Assembly (NCBI GenBank): GCA_964035545.1
Contig: OZ037765.1
Location: forward strand, 3,534,001 to 3,598,000
DNA length: 64,000 nt
Reading direction: 5' to 3'
Origin: Bugula neritina
Taxonomy: Eukaryota; Animalia; Bryozoa
The first letter of the stretch is position 1. Every line of letters starts with the position of its first letter. Positions 13,601 to 24,700 of this stretch are shown one piece after another. Below the pieces are notes generated by a model that was not told the DNA's origin, made no database searches, and worked only from the letters and a program-made list of their open reading frames with translations. A program made the position numbers and the translations under genes.

Positions 13601-13656
13601 ACCTCAGAAAGCTTTTCTTTTTTCCAAAGTTTCATGGCAGACAACTCCCGCAGTGA
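4615..13656 (+). CDS. LRR-Roc-COR-caspase fusion protein (Roco protein with a C-terminal peptidase C14 domain), 13 exons, ~1295 aa
   Basis: Exons 4615-4668 (tentative), 6335-6561, 7142-7285, 7557-7697, 7905-8048, 8540-10542, 10655-10747, 11009-11214, 11348-11548, 11972-12194, 12674-12856, 12996-13105, 13498-13656. All introns are GT-AG, phases match and the sum is 3888 nt. About 10 LRRs; pre-Roc PPPEV..G motif; Roc G1 GNTMAGKTS, G3 DFGGQ, G4 THKD; COR (YMHDCGKVLWY, FIVP); caspase YKM...RGRAMIINN, TRHGS, IMSHG, RGKPKLIIFHACSG, DF, GTWFI, KLFFFP. Exon structure 5' of 6335 is uncertain. Confidence 0.88.
4930..5033 (-). mobile_element. tRNA-derived SINE fragment, copy 1
   Basis: The minus strand has a B-box GGTTCGAATCCC followed by GTCAGGAAGGGCATCCAATC, shared with the copy at 6020-6121. 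Confidence 0.55.
6020..6121 (-). mobile_element. tRNA-derived SINE fragment, copy 2
   Basis: Minus strand: A-box TGGTCTAATGG, B-box-like GGTTCTACACC, then GTTAGGAAGGGCACCCAATCATTGCCACA, homologous to 4930-5033. Confidence 0.6.
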
Positions 13657-15790
13657 CTGCGGTCTGCAGCACTTCACTTGCAGCAGAAACAGACCTGCCA
13701 TGTGCACTTGCCCCTCATAGACAGACCTATCATATAAGTCTTTGGTTTTATACAACTAGTTTCTAATTTTGTTAATCAATATAATATTGTGCCTGTTCTG
13801 GTAATTTGAGCGAAAATATGAATATTTTTATTTGTTAAGTTGGCTCGAAGGCTAAAAAATATAATATTTTTATGTCTTTATATATTTTATTTTAGTTTGA
13901 ATAATTGTAAAGGCAATTTTATACAGTAGGTATATAGTGGTTTGTTTACATTATAAAAGATGATTAGGGAAGTTGGTTAGCTACTCAGATTTTTTTTCCA
14001 TCAAAGCATTTTATGTCTCGTCTTGAAATTTGCCAAAACTCCATTCACCCACAAGTAACTTAGTTTTGCTAATAGGACAATCTCAAAGTGACCTAAATGA
14101 TATATGTTGTAGTTATTGCTAGAATTAAAGTCTAGTACACGATTATTTGGTTTGGCAATTATTCAGCTTTTAACAAATGATAAAACTAGCTTGTTTATGT
14201 TATTCCTTAGTAAAAATTACATCTATGATAATACAGCCATGTACAGAAATCTGTGTGTTATAGATAGAAATGTGGGTATTGTAATTTTCACTTTTAATTG
14301 TTTTTTTATACTGCAGGGCCTATTTATTATATGAGAATAATCATAATTTTTTTATTCTGAATGTATAAATCGTCTCTGTACAACTATAGGCAAGCTGCTG
14401 GAAAAGTTTCTTGAAAAGATTATAATTACCCCAATATTTAATCAAAGTGCGGTCAACTTGATGAGTCAAGATATATCACTATCCCTTTAACCTTTTGAAT
14501 TAGCATTGTATTTTGTTTACGCTAGTAGCTGGTGATGAGCACTGTCACATGAAGTTACTGCAGCACTTAGCAGCTAATATGCATGCCACAAACTATTTGC
14601 ATGTTCGACAATAGCTGTGATTTGTGAGTCTAAATCTTCCAGCTTGGCAAAAACATGCTCTGGTGGGGCTATTTCACTGGAGCGCTTCACCTAAATTCGT
14701 AGTTGTCTGCTCTATCATCACTAGGTTATAAGTTATATAAATTCAATTTACTAGTATCAAGCGAAATTCAAGGCTGAAATGAAATTGAGCTGAAGCACGA
14801 GAGGTGCGTCACTCATTTGAAAAAATAAAGGTGTAAGTACCAGTCTAACGTTATTAAAGGTCAAGGTTAGTAACAATGTAAACTACAAGTAAACGTGAAT
14901 TTTCTTTTAATCAGTTGATTGAATACAGTAATAATATCAACCTATTGGTGTTATTAGTTGCTTTTAGTTAACTATATTCACCTTTTGATCTGAATTAATG
15001 CTAATACTAATAGTATTACTAATAGTCTGATTAAAGCTATTCCTATCTGTATGATTATGAGTATGACTCAGTATCGAAGTCAAACTATCAAAATGAAAAT
15101 GAATATCATAAATTTAAAATTAAATAATAATTAATAATATTAATTAGATATTCATATTGAATTTAATAGAAAGTAATAAATTTATTAAAAGTTAAATTAT
15201 TATATTCATATTGATAATGATAATCTATTTTATAACGATAATTATTATCATGATTAATAGGATAATCATTAATTCATTAGGAGTTATGATTTAACAATAA
15301 TTTTACGATGATAAAACAATTGTAGCCGTAACACTGACTTTGACTGTGAGCGTGCAGGCCTGTCCTTTTAACAGTGAGTGCAACTAATTGTAAAACTAAG
15401 CGTAACTGTCTGTAAGTGTAAGATCTAAGTTGTTCATCTTTATATTGAGTTTGACATTGGCATTACTTATAGTTATTCATATTCATATTGGTGATTACTA
15501 TCACTAATACTATTACTATCAGTATCAGACCTCACAGTCTGGTAGTGATAGTATTAGTCCTAATCATAATGATAAATGTTTGTGATAGCCAATAGGCAAT
15601 GGGCGAATATCAAAGATAAATCATGAAATATAATTATAGTTATTCACTGGTAACAAAGGTTTTACAGTTACTACTGAATTCAAAGTCATAAAATACCCCT
15701 TTAGCCTGATTTTTTTCTCAATTTACCTGTTACTGCACCTACCTTAAAACATTAAACTTTGTATTTATTTTCAGTTGGAGTGTCGTATTG

Positions 15791-16917
15791 ATGGTTAAAT
15801 CATTTCTCTGCGTGTTATTCAAGCAAGCCAGAAAGCATGCAACGTATGCAGTCAACAAAGCCTTTTCTGCAAAATATCTCCTGCTGACCAATGGCCTAGT
15901 ATCTGCTGGAATGTCTGGTTCAGCTGATAGTTTAGTACAGAAAGTATGCAGACGGCATAATTTAAACAAGTCCACACCATCCGAGACTAGCAAAGTGTGA
16001 GCATTTTGATGTTACCTTATGTTGTGCATTGCTAAAATATGCTAGCAAGGTTTGGCTGCTTCATATAATTCATCAATATAATGCCCACCTGATTTTCTTT
16101 TGCCATTTGTCCTTGGATAATATTTTGTGTTTTCCTAGGTGTTATTCCTACTTTGCTCCATGTATTATCATTCACTTAAAGGTGTTAGATTTAGTGAGGC
16201 AACATGTGAAAAGCAAACAAAATTTGACATGAATTTTTTACTTGACGGCCTAATACTTGATTAACTTGCATTTTTATATAAGGCTGAATTATTTTGTACA
16301 TTTTAAGTGTGCCCTATATCAAATAGATTCAGTTTTTAAGTAATGATTGCAAAATTTTCACTAAATTGAATCATTGCAAATTAAATTGAATTTTGTAAAT
16401 AATTGAATCAAAATTATACTGCTTATGACACTAAATATCATAACATTCTGCAGAAGTTTCTTTTAAAAAAAGTCAATAATGTTACTGGCAAAAATATCTA
16501 GTTTATCATTTTAGGTGCACATCAATCGACGGTGCTCGAGTATGTAGAATGACTGTAACTGGCATGGTATTGGGAGTTATCGCACACCACTGGTATATAT
16601 TCTTAGACAAGCGATACACAGGAACAACCCTGCGTATGGTCATGAAGAAGACCTTGATAGATCAAATAGTCTTAGGTCCAATATGCCTACTAACATTCTT
16701 GGGTCTTTTATCTATTCTGGAAGGATCCTATTACAAAGGGTTTAAATCCGAGTTGTACAAAAAGGGGCCAGAAATGGTGGCCGTAGACTGGCTTGTGTAT
16801 CCACCCGCCCAATTTATTAACTTCAAGTTTCTACCTTCTAGATTCCGAGTCCTGTACGATTGTTGCATAGCCTTCGCTCTTGACATCTATTATTCTCATA
16901 TCAAATATGAGAGGTAG
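15791..16917 (+). CDS. Mpv17/PMP22-family membrane protein (MPV17L2-like), 2 exons, 202 aa
   Basis: Exon 15791-15996 (KYLLLTN...S.D..VQ) joins 16515-16917 across a phase-2 intron. Motifs: ID.AR..RM..G, HHWY..LDK, KK.LIDQ...P, W..YPPAQFINF.F.P..FRVLY. Confidence 0.88.
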
Positions 16918-17880
16918 CAGGAGTTGTCTAACTTATTATAAGTTCAACCTTTTAGCTGGTCACTTCTATTTTTAAATATTTTATTAGTTTGTTGCTCCAG
17001 TCATTGCTATAGTCAATCAACATCTTTCACTTGATATTATAATTCTTAATAATGTCACTATGCAGCCTCGACTGGTAAAAAATTCACTGAAGATCAATTT
17101 ATTTTTGTATTTCCACTAATAAGGAATTGATATTGCTAGTTTTAACAACACCATGCTCATTTATTATTGAGCTTCACAGAGCATTACTTATTTTTTGTGA
17201 CTAATTCAATAGTTTAACAGTTGGCAAGGTCTCTCAAACAAAATACTATTAAGACAACTATCTGGTATTTACACAAGTTGCCTTTATTTCAAATTGCTAC
17301 AAATATAAGTATAATACCAAAACAAATATATAAGAAAATAAAATAATATACTCACTAAATTTGGTCAATTTCCAGGAGAAAAGTGCATTAATGCAATTAA
17401 ATAAACTGATATGCTAGAAAAAACCTTGTTTCACATCATATCATTACAGCTAGCAACTTTGAAATACAAAATGCACAAATATTAGTTCTATTTTTGGAGA
17501 TCAATTTATTCATGCCATCAACTTTGAACAGTTGAGCAAATACTAAAATCTGAAAAGTTTGTTTTCTAGTTAAAGCGAATCAAATGTTGTCAGCATGATT
17601 ATCATTTGCAGTTACCTAATAAGATAATACTGATGAACTTGACCAACACTGTAGCCTCAGCTCCACAGCAGAGCTCTAAACTACACGCAAGAATTAACTT
17701 GCAAATTCAATGGCATCGAAAGGTTTGCAAAAGAAATTACGAACAAAAATATAGCCCATTCCTTAAATGACCAATCAACTATGAGAAGCTCAGAAAATGT
17801 CTGCAGAGAAATTGCACAGCGCTGGAAAGTATTTAAGATAGTAATTATGACTGAGTTTAATATGCTTACATTATAAAAAC

Positions 17881-17966
17881 ATCAATTTAATTGGCCAGTA
17901 AGGAACAACCATCAATTTAATTGGCCAGTAAGGAACAACCATCAATTTAATTGGCCAGTAAGGAAC
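17881..17966. repeat. 30-bp tandem repeat, ~3 copies, in the probable NFAT5 3' UTR
   Basis: ATCAATTTAATTGGCCAGTAAGGAACAACC x2.9, perfect. Confidence 0.9.
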
Positions 17967-18794
17967 GAGAAACTAAGTAACCATCCACCTACTATTAGTT
18001 ACAATCCAATATATTATATGGCTAGGTTTAAATATAACATCAATATAAAACATAAGAGTAATAATACATGTAAAGCTGCCTTGGTTAGCTATTTAGCAGA
18101 GTTTCCTATACTTCAAGAGTCACTGGGCGAAAAGGTATTATGGTTATCTACAGTCAATGAAGGTCCCGTGTAAAATTTGGCACTGTTAACTAATCCATTG
18201 CCCAAAGTAATGGGCTTGAAATCTGATGAGAAATCTACAAAATAAAAGAAATTATAAACAAACCTTCACCAATGTCAAGGACACATGATAGTGCAAACAT
18301 ACCAAAGTTAATTGAATAAATGTGTTGGCTAAATCATGATGTAACTAAACATGTTCACATTAAAACATGAATGGTACCCCTTGCTATGCATAGCTAAACT
18401 TTTCACAGTATATTATGTTTGGACCTTCATATGTGACAAATTACTGTCTAGTCGTGAATTGTAATCAGTAACATGGGTATCGTGTGCACACTACTCAACA
18501 CTTATAATATTATAATAAATTATTATATATATCAGGAGTGAATGAATTCATTGCACAGCATTATTTCTTTAAAATTGTAAAACTCATCACGCTTACGAAA
18601 ATACTTTCTAAACACAAAATTAGCGAAGAAAACTTATGAAGTATATTTCCAATCTCTATAAAAACAGGATTTTGTTGCTGATAGACATACAACATACAAA
18701 ACTTGCAATTTTTCACTTAAACTCTTCAAAGCAGCTAATTTCAACAGAGTTCAATCTACCAACATCATATAAATATCATCAGGTGGTGAGACAG

Positions 18795-21700
18795 CTAACC
18801 TGTAGCACCTTTATAGCCATCATTACCACCAGCACCCTCGTCATTGACACCACCACTGTCTTGTGATATAAAGTCTATGCCGTTAGGAATCTGAAAGATC
18901 TTGGAGGAGTTGGTGGAGGATTGCTGCTGTAGCTGTGCCACCAGCTCCAGCGCTTCTGAAAGCATAAAACATACAGACTACATAGCCTCTGAGCATTAAA
19001 AAAAGAGGAAGAATATTTTGGTATGCAGAAGTAAAACCTGCGCTAAAAATAATAATAATTCAAATAAACTATTTTCTTACATCGTCACAACTAAATACTC
19101 GTTTAGCCTCAAGACTTACCAGGAGCCACAATGGACATGGGAGGGGAGTTGTTATTGCTGGCAGACGCACTGGTGGTCATAGGGCTAGTTGTAGCCTGAG
19201 GACTGCCCGACATGGAGGTGCAGCTGGTGGGCGTAGCCGTCTCTTTGGTTGGCTCATCTGAAAGAACACAGTACAAACATCTGATCTCCCTCTACTTGAC
19301 AAACCTGACTGCTCTATTGATATTCCTTTGAAATTGTAAAACATATCTTAGCCTTATTCTCTACAGTATAGCCTGTGCTATCAAGTAAAGAGAGCCATTG
19401 CAATGGAATCTTAAAGCTAACATACACAAAATCTTTAATCCACAATACAGCCTGTGCTACCAAATGAAGTGAGACAATAGAATGGAATATTGGAGAGTTA
19501 CAAATCCTTTACTCTACAATAGACTCTTTCTATACTAATATAACCACATGTATTACATTGTGTTGCGTTGCGGTGGAGATGAACACCTACCTGACTCGTA
19601 GGTGAAAGGTACAGGTTCACTGACACCCCCGCTAGCCATCACTATCACCTGAGCAGTGACAGGGGAGGATAATGCAGACGTCACCTTGTAGGGAGGAACA
19701 GTGCAGATGAAGTGCGTCTGCAAAGAAGAGACAAAGCGTAACTAGCAGAGTTCATCAATATTTTATACATGGCCAGTGTAAATCAGCTGATAGCCTTGCA
19801 GCTAACAGTACGTAGTTGTTGATCACTAGAAATTGTGTGCTTTAATAACAGACGAGAAATAGAGAGAAAGCTCTACGAAGTATGTGTTATTAGATACACA
19901 TATAATCAATGATAGAAACATTGAACCATAACTCCCATTCAGTTTATTGGATAGAAACACCACATAAAGTCATACACTCTAGAGTCTAGTCTCTCAATGA
20001 CAACATATAATATAGACTCCCCCTCCCCGAAAAGGATGTCAAGCTTGTTGGGTTTTAGGCCCATGCACGAGCTAAACAAAAAAACCTAACTTGAAAATTG
20101 ACTGTAAATTAATACAGAATTCATTCAATACACATTTTTATAAACACAACTCATTTACGGGAGGGGTACATAATCTACGTATGCCAAAACTCACCGTATG
20201 TGTGAACTCGTGCTCTATTTCCGCCTCTTGCTCCCATAAGACAACATCCGACTCATCTAACACTTCCTGGAACTTGACCCGGAAACCCTTCACAAAGTTC
20301 TTGCCGATAACAAACAGCGACTGGCCACCGGAGAGGGGAGACTTTTCCAGAGACATTCGACAGACTTCTGGTTGTCCAGCCGGCTGAGCTACAGTCATGA
20401 TAAGATAACTCCTTGCATAGGATACCAAATAGTAATATATATTCAAACTATACCCCGTTACCCGCAGGATTAAAACGTTAAGGTGAGAAGCTGTATCCAG
20501 ATTATAAAATATTACTAGGTGCTGGTTGCTACAGTATATCAAATAAATAACATGGCTGGAAATTTTTGAGAAATAGAATGAAATATAGTTTTACAAAAAT
20601 ATATATAACCAGTTATCTACCAGGTAAAGATTCCCTTCAAGCTGGGAAGAATAATCTAATAAAATCACCACTGCAAAGAAATTGACAAAATACAAGAAAA
20701 CCATTAGAGAGAGACTCGGTATTTCAGGAGGTGACAAATCTAGATTTCAGATGCCATCATAAAATCTATAAGTCAACAGTTGAAGGTTACTAGAAGCCTT
20801 GTGGCCTACTTACTACACGCTATGACTGTGGAGGCCGTCTGCAGTGTGATGTGAGTGCCTGAGGCTAAGCAGAGGTTTACTCTGCATATCAGTCGGCACT
20901 TTGTACTCTTCTTCTTGTTCTTCACCAGACCTATTCGCTTCTCCACGTCCGTGTTCCGCAACTTGAGTATACCGATGCAGTCGATACTACAATGCCACAC
21001 AGTACAAGTATAGAAATGACACTACAATACCACACAGTTCAAGTTTAGAAATGATACAATACTACACAGTATAACACTAGGCAGGTGGTCTGGTTGTATG
21101 TCCGGAATATTGTGAGCTCTACCATAGAAAACACTGGCTGTCGGAGGAAATACTCATCACATTTCTGGCAGTGTGCCAGAATTCTAGTACGCAGTTGAAA
21201 GTAAAACTCCTTGTATGTTTGTGCTAACTGCACTGTATTTAAAATAGTCAAGTGCCAGAAAATACACATATTTTATGCTGTGGTATGCAGCAGAATTTGT
21301 TAGTCAATAAACAAGGCATTTCAGAGTGAAAAGTCAGCAACTTTCAACTCCTAATGAACAACTATTCAGAGACTCAAGTGGCCGGCAAAGAAAGAATTGA
21401 ATTTGAGCATCAAACGAAAGATTCATTCTTGAACTCATTAGCAACTGTGCAAGTGTCTATTGATAGGGTACAAGAGTACTATATGACAGCAACAGTAATT
21501 CGTGTAGAGATATTATAGAATGTCTCCGCAGATCAACAAACTTCTATTGAAGTATTAGGACCACATAAAAGTATATTTTATCAATTTATAATAGAAAAAC
21601 CAAATGGGAATTACACAAAGAGGACAGTTACAGCTAACAGGATCTGAAGTGTGTTGGGGGCATGTTGTGTTAGCCAGTTTTTACAATCCCAAGTAGTCTT

Positions 21701-24700
21701 CGAATACAAGCATCTCTATTGCACAAGAGAAAGTGCACTAGATATTGTGTTCCCAAGGAACTAATAAGTTTCCACTGCCTTCAAGGCAAACATTTCAACA
21801 CTGGGCCAACAAACATAAACATTGGAGTAGCAAATCTAAAGTCAAATTTCACTGATGCCGTTAAAAATCAATAACATTCCAACAGCAAACATTCCAGGAA
21901 TAGTTTATTGATTCTCCACTTATTTTGGCAGCAACTGTATTTAATTTCATGACATTACAGCATACGTTGCATTACTTCTAGCAGAGTGGAAGACCAAGCC
22001 CTGCATGTCACTATACTAATTTATAGTGAAACACCTGCCACTAGCTGTCAAACCTATTCCTGCTTCTTAGAAATAGGAAAATGTGGCATGAGAAAAAGAC
22101 AAACTTGATGAGCTGTAAACTCTATACACATTCTACTCCCACTACTGTGAATTTAACAGAGAGATCAGCCAGACTGCATAGAATTCAGTTGACATGTAAA
22201 TATATTCCATATGTTTCAGACATCTTTCGGCCAGACAATCTCATGTGCTTTTTATTATATTATGTTTTATAAATTAAAAATAAAACTAGCATTTTTCTGT
22301 CAAAAAATAATAGACTTTTAAACAGTTTCTAGACCTGCGACACATCTATAATGACTATCAGCTGCAGTACGTAGCTTATGACAATCACTGATGAATTAAC
22401 TGTTGAGTAAAAGTCATTTCCCTGCACCTATTTTCACCTCATCAACTCAAACAAACCTAACATGATCTCACTAATAGTAAACAGCTTTACTCCTAAATAC
22501 AGTCTAAACTTTTCAAGCAACTGGTGACAGCAGCTATTGGTTAACATAAACAAAAATATTAATTTCTTTTGAATCTGCTGCCCAAGAGAGCTGATGAAGC
22601 TGAGGTGACACTTGATAGGTGCGGCAGCAGCCAACTATAGCAGTAACTTAGCAGCAAAACAATTCCAACTGAATCACATGTTATTTTCTCTCTGGTGCCC
22701 AACCTAATTATACTCTATGTAAACAAGGCAGTGATGATATAACAGTGAGCTAAATGAAGTGTGTCAAATGACATGGTGGGAGAGAATTTTCTACCTCGGA
22801 ACACAGTTGAAATAAAAGCTTCATTTTTCATGCAAATTACGATTCAATTCCAGCATTAATTTCTCCCTTTACAAAAAAAGCAATTATTACACTGTTGGGT
22901 GTAGACCGTAGAGTAATAGAAGTATGTGATGCACCTGAAAAACCTGGTATTTCCAATACTTTCCAAACTGGATGTTTCATATTTGTTGTATTTTGCACAA
23001 TAATGAGATTCTTTGAATACAAATTTGAATTGTAAAAATAATCCTAATAACATCTATTTGAAATTTGCAATATTAAAGAATATGCTTGGATTATGAGTTA
23101 CTGTTAGGGAATTTTTGCAGTGCCTTTAGCCTGAGTGTACATATCTATAGCCTTGGTGCACATACTCTTACACTTTATACATAGTCTGCATCCTTGACCT
23201 TAATATTTTCTTAGCCCGAGCGCACACACTCTAAGCACACGAGAGGTTTGCTGTACCCTTTACTTACGTGGCTGTCATGTGTTTAGTTTTGTCAAACTCC
23301 AGCTCTATGACGTTTGTTCCATCAATTTGTCTCTCACGACTAGACGAGGCGTTCTTCCCGCTGATACGACAGGCCTGGTAGAAGCCGTGGGGCTTCACCT
23401 TGCCGGAGTCTACGCCAATAAACACCTCTAACTTCGCATCGTCGTTCCAGCCCAGCAGCTAAACAAAGACAACCATTGGCACTGCAATTTGAAACTTTCC
23501 TATAGTAAAATATGGTGGATACAAGAAGTTTTTCCCCCTGACTGTAAGAGTGCCAGAAAATAACTATCCCTAGTAACAGTTAGTGATAATAACATGTGTT
23601 TGTGGAGCTAATCACTAAATATTCTACCAATTAGCATATTTTAGCTAGGAGGGTTTCCCAGGTGAACAGAGTTACTGTAAACAAATGAGATCCAACTGTG
23701 CATCTGTACTAACAGCATACAGGCATCTATTTGTGTAGAGTGTAGAGTGTAGAGTGAAGGTGATACTGAACTGACACCAGTAATACCCATAAATCACATG
23801 CTGTCTAACATAATATATGAAACAGTACAATACCAGAATAGCTGGGCTGAAAGTAATTCATAATATATCACTAATGGAACAATAAATATTTACTAAAATA
23901 ATAAATTTATGGCCTCTTAAACTGCAGGGTTGGCAAAATTGGTAGCCATGGTAACTATTACCTGCTGTCAAGTAAATAAACACCTTAAAGCTGCGTAATC
24001 ACATAGACTGTGGCTCAGCCCTTTGTAACATAGTCAGTATACACAACCTGACTAATAGTCTATATTAGGATGACTCACCTGAACAACCGGGTGGCCCTGC
24101 TGCTCCGTATCCTTGACAGCACCCCTGCTGCCTTCCGTCATGTACCGGGCTCTGTGCTGTGACTCGGGCTGCTTCAGCATCTTCAGGATGATGCCGCCGT
24201 GTCGGTCAGCAAAACTGTGGTTGAGGGGCGGAGATTTGTAGACATGATTTCTTCTTGGACTGAAACAAGTAAACTGACAGTAGAATATATATATTATATA
24301 TAATATGAAGTAAAACATAGTATAATAATTATAATGTATAATATACTATCATCTAGAACATTGTATAATCTAGAACATTGTATAATGTATAACAGAATAT
24401 ATGACATAGTATAATATAATTATATAATGTAGTATAAAGTACAACATAGTATAATGTACCTAATATAGGGAAAATAATACAACGCATAATAGAACATAGT
24501 AAAATATATACATTTTGTATAATGTACCTAATATATAGAATACAGTATAATATACAGAATATAGCCTAACATAAAATAACATAGAACAAGTATAATAGTA
24601 TGCAGACATTCATATGTGATAGAAACAGATGAGGTATAAGGTACAACAACATCCATGCCTGTAATTTTACAAAGATAATTATAATCTAAACAAACTGATA

